From positions 6,044-70,043 of the forward strand of contig JBJMHS010000051.1 in NCBI GenBank assembly GCA_045807245.1: a stretch of DNA of 64,000 nt. The letters run 5' to 3'. Source of the stretch: Actinomycetales bacterium. GTDB lineage: Bacteria; Actinomycetota; Actinomycetes; Actinomycetales; CAVURS01. Below are positions 53,997-63,098 of this stretch, piece after piece; positions within the stretch are counted from its first letter, which is position 1; the number at the start of each line of letters is the position of its first letter. The notes under the pieces are model-generated. The model was not told the origin of the DNA. It made no database searches and saw only the letters and a list, made by a program, of their open reading frames with translations. The translations under genes and the position numbers were made by a program.

Positions 53997-54367
53997 GCCG
54001 CGCTCGCGGACGCCGACGCGACCAGCGAGAGCAGTCGCGTCACCGGGAAGGGCTTGTGCAAGATGGCGAACGCGTTGGCGTCGACCGCAGCGCGCAGCCG
54101 CTCCTCGAGGGCGTATGCCGTCATCATGATCACCGCCGGCGGCGGTGGCTGCATCTCTTGGAGGACCGAGACCCCATCCCGTTTGGGCATCTGTACGTCC
54201 ATGAGCACAACGTCGACCTCGCGCGCCCCGAAGACTTCGAGGGCGGCCTCACCGTCCATGGCGGCAACGACGTCGTACCCCACCGCTTGCAGGATGTCGA
54301 CGAGCGTCTCGCGCATACCCGGCTCGTCGTCGACGACCAGGATCCGCGAAGGGCGCGCCTCACTCAT
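53993..54367 (-). CDS. stand-alone receiver (REC-only) response regulator
   Basis: 124 aa from MSEARPSRILVVDDEPGMRE, with VLMDVQMPKRDG and ILHKPF. No output domain. Confidence 0.85.
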   Translation of the reverse strand: MSEARPSRILVVDDEPGMRETLVDILQAVGYDVVAAMDGEAALEVFGAREVDVVLMDVQMPKRDGVSVLQEMQPPPPAVIMMTAYALEERLRAAVDANAFAILHKPFPVTRLLSLVASASASAA

Positions 54368-54369
54368 GG

Positions 54370-55986
54370 TTAGGCCTCTACCGGGACAGGCGAGAGAGGG
54401 AGCGACATCACGGCGATGCACCCGGCTCCCTTGCGCGGGCGCAAGGACAGTGTGCCGGCGTGCGCCTCGATGATGCGTTTGCTCACTGCCAGGCCTAGGC
54501 CGGTCCCCTTGGTCTTGAGGCTGAAGAACGGCTCGAACACCCGGGCCTGGGTCTGCTCGTCCATCCCGATTCCCGAGTCCGCGACGCTGACGGCGATCGT
54601 GCCCCCGACGACGCCGGCGCCGATCTCGACGACACCTCCGGCGGGCATGGCCTCGTACGCGTTGGACAAGAGGTTGAGGATGACCTGCCTGATCTGTGCG
54701 CGGTCGGCCACAACCGGCGGTACGTCGTCGTCCACCCTGCTCGTCACGGAGACTCCGGTGGGCGGCGGAGCAACCGAGACGGCTTCGTCGATCAGCTCGG
54801 CGATGTCCGTCGGAGTCGGCTCGGCGGCCCGCGGACGGGCGAACTCGAGGAGGTCGGAGATGATCAGGGTCGCCGCTGAGATCTCCCGGTCCGCCGTGTC
54901 CAGGTGTCGGCGCAGCGAGTCATCGGAGCGCGGCGACACGGCGTTCCTGATGAGGAACAACGCGTTGGTCAGCACGCCGAGTGGGTTGCGCAGCTCGTGC
55001 CCGACGGTGGCCGCCATCTGCCCCAACGCGGCCAGCCGTTCACTGGTCACAAGGGCCTGTTGGGTCTCCTCGAGCTTGCGCAGCGAGTCCTCGAGCTCGC
55101 TCGTCCGCTCGGCCACCAGGCCGACGGCGTAGTCGCGGCGCCGGGTCACGCTCTCGACCACCCCGGCCATGGCCAGGCCGATCAGCAGAGCGGCCAGAGC
55201 CAGGATCGTCGGGACGTTGCTCGCCAGGCTGCCGGACAGCGGCTGTCGGGCACTCGCCACCACGAGCCAGCTGGTGCTTCCGACCGGCACCTGCGTGCGC
55301 GCCGTCCGGCCTTGGATCGGCAGGTGGGACGTCGTGCTGAGCAGCAGCTTGGAGGTCGTCGCCTGCGGCGCGACGTACAGGGCGACGTTCAGCTCGTGGA
55401 ACGGCTGGGCTTGGGTGACTCGGGCCGGTCTCGACGGGTCGACGAAGAACTCCTCGTACACCGCAGTTCCCGCCCGGCTGACCGGCGCCCCGAGCACCAC
55501 GCCGAGCCTGGACTGGCCCGCGGACACCACGAACACGTCGGACCGAAGCTGGCCGTCCGCCGCCTGCGCCAACGCGAGCCGAGGTCCGCTGAGCGCGTCG
55601 CCGACGTGGAGCGAGCTCCCGGCCGATGCCTGGACGACCCAGGCGGTCCCGACCTTCTTCACGAAGGCCACGGAGGCCGCGTTGCCGGTCGCGGCGGTGC
55701 TGGTGGCGGCCCGCTGGAAGGCCGCGGTGGTCGGCTGCTGGGCGAGCGTGGCCAGGGAGGTGAGGGAGCCGGTGAGGCCCGTACCGATAGCGCTGGACAG
55801 CAGCGTGCCGACCTCGCCGGTCCGCTCCTCGAGCAAGCGTTGTTCCTGGTCGTTCGCCAGGTGGCGGGAGCCGACGTACAGCCCGGCCGCGATCGCCACG
55901 AACGTCGCCAGGACGACGATCGAGAGGCCTCGCACCCCCGTCTTCCCCCACGTCCGACGGCGACGGTTCCGGAGAGCACCGTTCAC
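54370..55986 (-). CDS. membrane sensor histidine kinase with ~230-aa extracytoplasmic domain
   Basis: Two TM helices (LSIVVLATFVAIAAGLYV and ILALAALLIGLAMAGVV). H-box VGHELRNPLGV, then NLLSNAYEAM, DSGIGM and GTGLGLAVS. The stop is 2 nt before the REC-only start. Confidence 0.9.
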   Translation of the reverse strand: MNGALRNRRRRTWGKTGVRGLSIVVLATFVAIAAGLYVGSRHLANDQEQRLLEERTGEVGTLLSSAIGTGLTGSLTSLATLAQQPTTAAFQRAATSTAATGNAASVAFVKKVGTAWVVQASAGSSLHVGDALSGPRLALAQAADGQLRSDVFVVSAGQSRLGVVLGAPVSRAGTAVYEEFFVDPSRPARVTQAQPFHELNVALYVAPQATTSKLLLSTTSHLPIQGRTARTQVPVGSTSWLVVASARQPLSGSLASNVPTILALAALLIGLAMAGVVESVTRRRDYAVGLVAERTSELEDSLRKLEETQQALVTSERLAALGQMAATVGHELRNPLGVLTNALFLIRNAVSPRSDDSLRRHLDTADREISAATLIISDLLEFARPRAAEPTPTDIAELIDEAVSVAPPPTGVSVTSRVDDDVPPVVADRAQIRQVILNLLSNAYEAMPAGGVVEIGAGVVGGTIAVSVADSGIGMDEQTQARVFEPFFSLKTKGTGLGLAVSKRIIEAHAGTLSLRPRKGAGCIAVMSLPLSPVPVEA

Positions 55987-56120
55987 GTCACGGAACGTAA
56001 CACGTCTCCACCGCGATGGACGGCGGTTTGGCCCATTCGGGTCCTGCGTCGGCTTGGCACCGGCCGGCGCAGGCGCCTCATTACGGCTGTTGCTGGGGAC
56101 TCTCCTGCTCGGCGGTCTGG

Positions 56121-56324
56121 CTACGACTCGTCGGCCTGGTGGTCGGACGACGAGGTGCCGTCCGGCAGCTCTTCGCCGTCCTGCTCGCCTTCGACCTCTT
56201 CGCCGGCGATGCTCTGCTCGGCACCCTCTCCGAGCAGACGACCTGCTCCCTGGCCACGTTCCTCCAGCCCGTCGCTGTTCCCGCTAGGGATGTTGGCAAC
56301 GTCTGGTGGGTGGATGTCGCTCAT
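56121..56324 (-). CDS. small highly acidic hypothetical protein (67 aa)
   Basis: ATG 56324 preceded by AGGAGGAAGCC. The sequence is MSDIHPPDVANIPSGNSDGLEERGQ...EEVEGEQDGEELPDGTSSSDHQADES. Low complexity, so coding is uncertain. Confidence 0.4.
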   Translation of the reverse strand: MSDIHPPDVANIPSGNSDGLEERGQGAGRLLGEGAEQSIAGEEVEGEQDGEELPDGTSSSDHQADES

Positions 56325-56450
56325 GGCTTCCTCCTGGGCCTGCTGGTCGCTTCCCGGCGTTTCAGAAGCATTCCGACTCTCCTCGCCCGAGCACGAGGCG
56401 GCCACTCGAAGCTTGGGACAACGCGTTGTGACCACATCGACCGGCGGCCC

Positions 56451-57752
56451 TCAGGCGGTGGCCCAGGGCGACAAGAGGGCCCAGGCCCGGACGTCGGCGG
56501 CACCGACGACCCGCAGAGTGACGTCGGCCTCCGGGACACCCAGGCGATGAACAGCCAGGCGATGGACCGCGAGGGAGTCGCTGCCACAGATCTCGACGAT
56601 GTCCCGGTCGAGGACGACCCGGCTGGAGACGGTGATCGGCACCTCTAGCAGGTGTCGATCGCAGACCGAGATGACCAGACCGACCGGACCTGGACCGACC
56701 CGGACCTCCATGTCGACGGCCCGGTCGGCGACCAGCACGTGCGCCTCGTCCCTGCGCGCCGCAGGCAGCCGATCATCGCGGAGCAGCTCGGCGTCCGGAT
56801 GCAGGCTCAGCTGCACGCGGCCCGACGGATCGACGGTCAGGAGGTAGCTGAGCGAGTGCGCCCCCGCTCGGACCGCCCTACCGGGCTCGAAGTCAGGCGC
56901 CTCCCGCAGCCAGCTCATCACGCATCGCCGTCCGTCGCGGTCCACGAACGACGTCATCGCGTACGCCGAGGAGCCGAACGTCAGCTGTTGCCACCGCGCG
57001 GGGACGAACGTCCGCCCGTCGTACGAACCCGTCGCTGCCGCAACGTGATACAGAGTGTCGTCCTCCCAGACCGAGACGAGCAGCACCCATATCCCGTCCA
57101 CCTCGAACAGCTGCGGGCACTCCCACATGGCGCCCGTCCACGCGGGCTCGGTCTCCGTCGAGGCGCGGGAGGCGGCGACACCGGTATAGGTCCAGGTCTC
57201 GAGATCGGGGGACACGAACTGCACCAGCCCGCCGCGGCCGTCGCGGAACCCGGCGCCGACCACCATGACCCAGTGGTCCTCGAACCGGAAGATGCACGGG
57301 TCGCGGAAGCTATGCGCACCGAGATCGGCTGGCGCCGTCACGATCGGCTCACCCGGGTCGGAGGCCCAGCGCCGGCCGTCGGGGTCGGGACGGGCCCGCA
57401 CCACTGTCCCCTGACCCAGGTCGTCCTCCTGCACGCGCGTGTAGAAGACGTCGATCTCGCCGTCATCCGTGACGACCGCGGCTCCCGACCAACAGCCACG
57501 CTCGTCGGGCCCGGGGGTCAGCGCCGGCGGCAGGGCCCGCCAGTGCACGAGGTCGGGCGAGACGGCGTGGCCCCAAAGACAGGCCGAGGACCAGGTGACC
57601 GAGTCCGGAACGCATTGGTAGAACACGTGATAGGACCCTTCGTGCCACACGACGCCGTGCGGGTCGTTCATCCACCCGCGGTCCGCCGTGTAGTGCACCC
57701 ACGGTCTGGCCGGTGCCGCGACGACGCTCGCCTCGGCCGCGATGCCCGTCAT
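56451..57752 (-). CDS. GH32 beta-fructofuranosidase (invertase / sucrose-6-phosphate hydrolase-like)
   Basis: WMNDPHG (nucleophile motif), FRDPCIF (RDP) and MWECPQLF (EC). Start at MTGIAAE with GGAGGG RBS. Confidence 0.9.
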   Translation of the reverse strand: MTGIAAEASVVAAPARPWVHYTADRGWMNDPHGVVWHEGSYHVFYQCVPDSVTWSSACLWGHAVSPDLVHWRALPPALTPGPDERGCWSGAAVVTDDGEIDVFYTRVQEDDLGQGTVVRARPDPDGRRWASDPGEPIVTAPADLGAHSFRDPCIFRFEDHWVMVVGAGFRDGRGGLVQFVSPDLETWTYTGVAASRASTETEPAWTGAMWECPQLFEVDGIWVLLVSVWEDDTLYHVAAATGSYDGRTFVPARWQQLTFGSSAYAMTSFVDRDGRRCVMSWLREAPDFEPGRAVRAGAHSLSYLLTVDPSGRVQLSLHPDAELLRDDRLPAARRDEAHVLVADRAVDMEVRVGPGPVGLVISVCDRHLLEVPITVSSRVVLDRDIVEICGSDSLAVHRLAVHRLGVPEADVTLRVVGAADVRAWALLSPWATA

Positions 57753-57765
57753 GTCGTCGCCCTCC

Positions 57766-57787
57766 CCACCGGCTCCCCTGCCGGTGG
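57766..57787 (-). promoter_or_regulatory. perfect 8-bp stem / 6-nt loop hairpin abutting the GH32 Shine-Dalgarno
   Basis: CCACCGGC-TCCCCT-GCCGGTGG. The SD GGAGGG (57760-57765, minus strand) begins immediately 3' of the hairpin in the mRNA. Confidence 0.25.
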
Positions 57788-57883
57788 AACACCGACAGGT
57801 CGCAGCCGACGTAGTGTCCCGAGCCGCCACGTCCGTGCGCAACGATTGGGGCACCACGCGCCTGCGTCCCCTAGGAGCCCGTC

Positions 57884-58651
57884 ATGACCGTCCTGGACAC
57901 GTTCGACCTCTCCGGCCGCACGGCGCTCGTCACCGGAGCCACCCGCGGCCTCGGACGCGCGTTCGCCCGCGCGCTCGGTGAGGCCGGTGCCGACGTCGTC
58001 ATCGTGGGCCGCGATCCCGAGGCCGCCCGCGAGACGGAGTCGGACCTGGCCGTCCTGGGCCGGCAGTCCCTGACCGTCCTGGCCGACATCACCCGCCGTG
58101 AGGAGATCGAACGGGTGCGGGATGCGTCGCTCGAGCGGTTCGGAGCCATCGACATCCTGGTGAACAACGCGGGGAGCTGCGTGCACCGACCCGCGCTGGA
58201 GGTGACGGACGACGAATGGCGTCAGGTCATGGACGTCAACCTGGACGCGGTATGGATGTGCAGCCAGGTGATCGGACGCCACATGGTGGAGCGAGGTGCC
58301 GGCAGCATCGTCAACATCGGCTCCATGTCGGGCCTGATCGTCAACCGTCCACAGTGGCAGCCGGGCTACAACGCCTCGAAGGCTGCCGTGCACCATCTGA
58401 CCCGGAGCCTGGCAGCGGAGTGGGCGCCGTTCGGAGTCCGCGTCAACGCACTGGCCCCCGGCTACGTCAAGACCGACATGTCACCAGTGGACGATCCCCA
58501 GTACAGGCGGCAATGGCTCGAGGATGCGCCTCAGCAGCGCTACGCCATGCCGGACGAGCTCGGGCCCGCCGTCGTCTACCTGGCCAGCGACGCCTCCTCC
58601 TTCGTCACCGGATCGGTCCTGTTCATCGACGGGGGCTACTCGGTCTTCTGA
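57884..58651 (+). CDS. short-chain dehydrogenase/reductase (SDR)
   Basis: TGATRGLG, NNAG and YNASKAAV (YxxxK), in 255 aa. Confidence 0.9.
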   Translation: MTVLDTFDLSGRTALVTGATRGLGRAFARALGEAGADVVIVGRDPEAARETESDLAVLGRQSLTVLADITRREEIERVRDASLERFGAIDILVNNAGSCVHRPALEVTDDEWRQVMDVNLDAVWMCSQVIGRHMVERGAGSIVNIGSMSGLIVNRPQWQPGYNASKAAVHHLTRSLAAEWAPFGVRVNALAPGYVKTDMSPVDDPQYRRQWLEDAPQQRYAMPDELGPAVVYLASDASSFVTGSVLFIDGGYSVF

Positions 58652-58658
58652 GCCGCCG

Positions 58659-59570
58659 TCAGGTGATGTCGCGACGGCGCAGCAGCGCCGCCGTGACGGC
58701 CACGAACAGCACGACGTACGTCGCGAGCAGAGCCAGCGCCGACGGGCCACTCAGCGTGTTCAGCACCCCGGGCGTGCCGCCCGGGTCGCTGACCGGCACC
58801 GCACCCATGGCACCGGCCAGGGAGCCGGCCGCCGTACCGGGCAGCAGGTCGGTCACGTTGCTCAGCGGCGACCAGATCTCGGCGACGCCACGCAGCAGGT
58901 TCTCGACGGCGAGGACCCACACCAGGCCGAGGCCGACCGACAGCGCCGAGCTCCGGGCCACGGTTCCGAGGAGCACGCCGGCCAGCGTCCACGCACCCAG
59001 GATCAGCACCCCGCCACCGAACGACGTCAGGAGGTCCGGGGCGTACGGCCAGACGACCGCCTGCGACTCCGCCGTGGCGACCAGCAGTGACGCCGCGACG
59101 TCGATCGCGAACATCGCCACGACCAGGCCGACGACCGCGCTGAGCAGCGCGACGAGCGACCCGGCCAGGCTGGTCAGCCGGCCCGGGCCCTGCAGCGCGA
59201 CGGTCTTGACGGTGCCCCAGCCGTAGCCGTTGCCCGCCGCAAGCGCGCCGAGGATCAACACGAGCGCGCCGCCGAACATCGGCATGCCCGCCACCCCCGA
59301 GTGCGGGATGGCCGCGGGCAGCATGCGCTCCAGCAACACCTGCTTGGGCACGTCCTCGGAGATGCCGCTGTCACCGCTGCTGCGGTAGGACACGTAGTTG
59401 AAGACATAGATGAACAGCACGTTGAGCAGCAGCTCGACTCCGATGGTGAGCCAGAGCGCCGGCCACTTGCGCAGCCGGAGCAGCTCGGCCCGGGTGCTGC
59501 GCGCGACCGCACGCAGTACGTCGTTCGAGCGGGGTAGGTCGACGCGCGCGCGCGACGTCATGGTCGTCAT
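58659..59570 (-). CDS. ABC-2-type transporter permease
   Basis: 303 aa with six hydrophobic segments. ATGA overlap with the upstream ATPase gene. Confidence 0.75.
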   Translation of the reverse strand: MTTMTSRARVDLPRSNDVLRAVARSTRAELLRLRKWPALWLTIGVELLLNVLFIYVFNYVSYRSSGDSGISEDVPKQVLLERMLPAAIPHSGVAGMPMFGGALVLILGALAAGNGYGWGTVKTVALQGPGRLTSLAGSLVALLSAVVGLVVAMFAIDVAASLLVATAESQAVVWPYAPDLLTSFGGGVLILGAWTLAGVLLGTVARSSALSVGLGLVWVLAVENLLRGVAEIWSPLSNVTDLLPGTAAGSLAGAMGAVPVSDPGGTPGVLNTLSGPSALALLATYVVLFVAVTAALLRRRDIT

Positions 59571-60520
59571 CGCAGTGCCTCCTCGTTCGTCGCTGAGACC
59601 AGGTCGGTCGACGGGTCGTCATCGGTCAGGTTGAAGAAGACCTCCTCGAGGGAACGCTCACGGGGTCGGATCTCGCTGACCTGCACGCCGGCCGCGACCA
59701 GCGCCCGGGTGAGCTCGGGGGCGCGAGCGGTGTCGACGTCGAGCCGCACTCCGTCGTCGACCAGCTCGACGCCGTCCTCGCCGGCCAGGTCCATGGCGAC
59801 CGCCAGCGTCACCTCGGCCGGCTGAGCCCGCACGAACAGCGAGCTCGAGCCGCGCAGGTCAGCGACCGTGGACTCGGTCAGCAACCGCCCCCGCGACATC
59901 ACGGCCACCCGGTCGCAGAGGTCCTGTACCTCGTCGAGCAGGTGGCTGGAGAACAGCACGGTCTGGCCCTGGTCGGCGAGCCGGCTCACCAGGTGGCGCA
60001 TGTCGTTTCGACCGGCCGGGTCGAGGCCGTTCGTCGGCTCGTCGAGCACCAGCAGGTCGGGCGAACCAAGCAGAGCGGCGGCGACGCCGAGACGTTGTTT
60101 CATGCCGAGCGAGTAGGACTTGAAGCGGTCGTCGCCGCGGCCGGCGAGGTCCACCCGGTCCAGCGCGCGCTCGACCTCGTCCGCCGCGACGCCGCGGTAC
60201 TTCGCCATCACCCGCAGGTTGTCCCGGCCGGAGAGGTAGGGGTAGAAACCGGGTCCCTCGATCAGGGCGCCGATCCGTCGAGTCGCGGCAGGGTCACCCG
60301 GCCGGTGGCCGAGGATCGTGGCCGACCCGCGGGTGGGTCGGACCAACCCGAGCAGCATCCGCAACGTGGTCGTCTTCCCAGCGCCGTTGGGGCCGAGGAA
60401 GCCATAGACCTCGCCGCGCCGCACGGTCAGGTTCACGCCGTCGACAGCCGGCCGGTCGCCGTACTTCTTGCTCAGGTTCGTCGTGGTGACGATCGCTTCA
60501 CTGACCACCCTCGAGCTCAT
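59567..60520 (-). CDS. ABC transporter ATP-binding protein
   Basis: Walker A GPNGAGKTTT, signature YSLGMKQRLG, Walker B LLVLDEPTNGLD. Confidence 0.9.
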   Translation of the reverse strand: MSSRVVSEAIVTTTNLSKKYGDRPAVDGVNLTVRRGEVYGFLGPNGAGKTTTLRMLLGLVRPTRGSATILGHRPGDPAATRRIGALIEGPGFYPYLSGRDNLRVMAKYRGVAADEVERALDRVDLAGRGDDRFKSYSLGMKQRLGVAAALLGSPDLLVLDEPTNGLDPAGRNDMRHLVSRLADQGQTVLFSSHLLDEVQDLCDRVAVMSRGRLLTESTVADLRGSSSLFVRAQPAEVTLAVAMDLAGEDGVELVDDGVRLDVDTARAPELTRALVAAGVQVSEIRPRERSLEEVFFNLTDDDPSTDLVSATNEEALR

Positions 60521-60688
60521 CGCTCTGTGCCTCTTCCTCGGTCGGACCTGCTTGGTGCCTCCCATGGAATCCGCGCCGACCCGTCAGGTCGTCAGCGCTG
60601 CACGGGCTCTCGGCGTACGCCGATCTGCGTACCGGACCTACGCCACTCGGTGACGCGCCCGCGTGGGCGTTCGACCTATCGTCGAGTC

Positions 60689-61861
60689 GTGCCCCCGACT
60701 CGCCGCGCCCCGAGCTGGCTGCTCGACGCCGGGCTCGCGGTGCCGCTGCTGGTGATCGGGCTGGGTGGCACGGGCCCGGCCGCACACGCACATCCCGGCG
60801 CACCGCGGGCCATCGACCACGTGGCGTACCTGCTGGTGGTGATCGCAGCCGGGTCCCTGCTGCTGCGCGGGACCGCGCCCTGGGTCGCGCTCGGCCTCGA
60901 CACGGCGGCCGTCGCGACCTTCGTCGGCGCCGGTTATGCCTACGGGCCGATCCTGCTGACGGTGCCGGCCATGGCGTTCGGGCTGGGCCTGGCCTGGCCG
61001 CGGCTGCGCGCTGGCTTGGCCGTCGGCGGCGGCCTGCTCGTGATCGCGGGCGCGACCGTAGTCCGTGGGGTGTACCAGGAGGACAGCGTCGCGTGGACGG
61101 ACCTGCTCAGCGGCTGGCTGGTGTGGCTGTTGGTCGTCGCGGCGCTCTGCGCGATCGGCGCCTCGGCGCGGGTACGTCGCGAGTCGACGGCGGGCGTGCG
61201 CGCCGAGCAGGCTCGACGCGCGGCGTCGGAGGAGCAGCTGCGGATGGCCCAAGAGCTGCACGATGTCGTCGGGCATGGCCTCGCGGTCATCGCGATGCAG
61301 GCCGGCGTCGCGCTGCACGTCCTCGACCGCGAGCCGGAGAAGGTCCGCGAGTCGCTGGAGGCGATCCAGTCGATGAGCCGGGAGTCGCTCGAGGGGCTGC
61401 GCACCGAGCTGGCTCAGCTGCGGGCGGGGTCGGGCGACGCACCGCAGCGCCGGCCGGTCCCGGGCCTGGCCGATGTCGAGGTCCTCGTCCAGCGGATCCG
61501 GAACGGCGGCGTCGACGTGCGCCTCGACGCACCGCCGATCGGCGACATACCCACGGAGGTAGCGGCCGCTGCCTACCGCATCGTGCAGGAGTCGCTCACC
61601 AACGTGCTGCGCCATGCCGGTGCGGACCGAGCGACCGTCACGCTGCGGGCTGAGGGCGAGGCACTGGTGGTCGAGGTCGAGGACACCGGTCGCGGCAGCC
61701 TGGTGAGTGCGTCGGACCCGCACGGGAACGGCATCAGCGGCATGCGGGAGCGGGCCGAGGCGCTGGGCGGCCACCTGGAGGCTGGACCCCGTACGACGGG
61801 TGGCTTCCGGGTGCATGCGGTGCTGCCCTTCACTGCGCAGGTCCCGGAGCGGATCGGATGA
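60689..61861 (+). CDS. NarL-type (HisKA_3) sensor histidine kinase
   Basis: Multi-TM N-terminus. H-box AQELHDVVGHGLAV, then ESLTNVLRHAG and GNGISGMRERA. GTG start at 60689; the upstream part of the track ORF is antisense to the ABC gene. Confidence 0.85.
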   Translation: MPPTRRAPSWLLDAGLAVPLLVIGLGGTGPAAHAHPGAPRAIDHVAYLLVVIAAGSLLLRGTAPWVALGLDTAAVATFVGAGYAYGPILLTVPAMAFGLGLAWPRLRAGLAVGGGLLVIAGATVVRGVYQEDSVAWTDLLSGWLVWLLVVAALCAIGASARVRRESTAGVRAEQARRAASEEQLRMAQELHDVVGHGLAVIAMQAGVALHVLDREPEKVRESLEAIQSMSRESLEGLRTELAQLRAGSGDAPQRRPVPGLADVEVLVQRIRNGGVDVRLDAPPIGDIPTEVAAAAYRIVQESLTNVLRHAGADRATVTLRAEGEALVVEVEDTGRGSLVSASDPHGNGISGMRERAEALGGHLEAGPRTTGGFRVHAVLPFTAQVPERIG

Positions 61862-62529
61862 GGCCGATCAGAGTCGTCGTCGTCGATGACCAGCCGCTGG
61901 TCCGGATGGGCCTGCGCACCCTGCTCGACTCCGAGCCGGACACCGAGCTGGTGGGTGAGGCAGCCGACGGGCGGGGCGGTCTCGACCTGGTGCGCGCGAC
62001 GCTGCCCGACGTCGTACTGATGGACATCCGGATGCCGGTGCTCGACGGCCTGTCCGCGCTGCGCGAGATCGCCGCCGATCCCACGCTCGGGTCCGTGAAG
62101 GTCGTCGTGCTCACGACGTTCGAGCTCGACGAGTACGTCTTCGAGGCCTTGCGCCATGGCGCAAGCGGGTTCGTCCTCAAGGACTCGCCGCCCACGGAGC
62201 TGTTGCATGCGGTCCGCGTCGTCGCCGACGGTGGTTCGCTGCTGTCTCCGACCGTGACCAGACGGGTCATCGCGCAGTTCTCCGGCGCGAGCGCCGTTGC
62301 CGCTGCACCGCACCCCGAGCTCGGCCGGCTGACCGAACGCGAGCGAGAGATCGTCGGCTGGGTGGCGACCGGCCGGTCCAACGACGAGATCGCCGCCGAG
62401 CTCATGGTCAGCCCGGACACCGTGCGCACGCACGTCAGCCGGGCCATGGTCAAGCTGCACGCCCGCGACCGGGCCCAGCTCGTGGTCTTCGCGATCCAGT
62501 CCGGGCTGACCGCCGGCGACCCGGCCTGA
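61858..62529 (+). CDS. LuxR/NarL-family response regulator
   Basis: REC (VVVVDDQPLVR, VLMDIRMPVLDG) plus HTH_LuxR (LTEREREIVGWVATGRSNDEIAAELMVSPDTVRTHVSRAM). The start overlaps the kinase stop. Confidence 0.9.
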   Translation: MRPIRVVVVDDQPLVRMGLRTLLDSEPDTELVGEAADGRGGLDLVRATLPDVVLMDIRMPVLDGLSALREIAADPTLGSVKVVVLTTFELDEYVFEALRHGASGFVLKDSPPTELLHAVRVVADGGSLLSPTVTRRVIAQFSGASAVAAAPHPELGRLTEREREIVGWVATGRSNDEIAAELMVSPDTVRTHVSRAMVKLHARDRAQLVVFAIQSGLTAGDPA

Positions 62530-62552
62530 CCGCTCCCCGGGCATGGGTGGCG

Positions 62553-63047
62553 TCAGAGCTTGACGCCGTACGCGGCCTCGAGCTCCTCGATCCAGGAGTC
62601 CACGATCGTGAGGCCGTAGCGGTCGGCGAGTGCGTCGTACTCGGCCCGCGGCGCATGCTCGGTGAGGATCGGATCGAGCTCCTCGAAGTAGTCCTCGAGC
62701 CCGCCGGGAGACAGGATCTCCAGCACCCGCGCCGGTTCATCGCCGGCGTTCCACATCGCATGCGGCACACCGCGAGGCTTCACCATGGACGCCCCTGCTT
62801 CGGCGTGCACGACGTCGTCACCTACCCGTGCGCCGACAACACCCGACAGCACAAGGGTGAACTCGTCCTCGCGTGAGTGGCTGTGTGGCTTCACCAGCGT
62901 CTTGGGTGGGATGGTGATCTCCATCGCGGCCAACGCGCCAGCCGTGTCCACGCTGGTCAGCTTGTAGTCGAAGCGAACGGCGAACAGTGTCACCGTTCTG
63001 CCCTCGCCGGGCTGGATCAGCTTCGGCCCCAAGGCACCTGACGACAT
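62553..63047 (-). CDS. cupin-domain protein
   Basis: 164 aa. KPHSHSREDEFTLVLSG...GVPHAMWN is a cupin two-motif pattern. Confidence 0.7.
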   Translation of the reverse strand: MSSGALGPKLIQPGEGRTVTLFAVRFDYKLTSVDTAGALAAMEITIPPKTLVKPHSHSREDEFTLVLSGVVGARVGDDVVHAEAGASMVKPRGVPHAMWNAGDEPARVLEILSPGGLEDYFEELDPILTEHAPRAEYDALADRYGLTIVDSWIEELEAAYGVKL

Positions 63048-63098
63048 CGACGACCTCCCTGCTCTCTTCAGTGACGACCTGGCTACCGGCGGGGTGAG

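Noticed and set aside
52290-55986. HK + REC-only + third gene read as a Detocs-like defensive two-component system.
   Set aside because: The third protein is a hybrid histidine kinase with two receivers and has no nucleosidase or other effector domain. The first kinase has a classical TM sensor. The locus fits an ordinary multi-step phosphorelay better.
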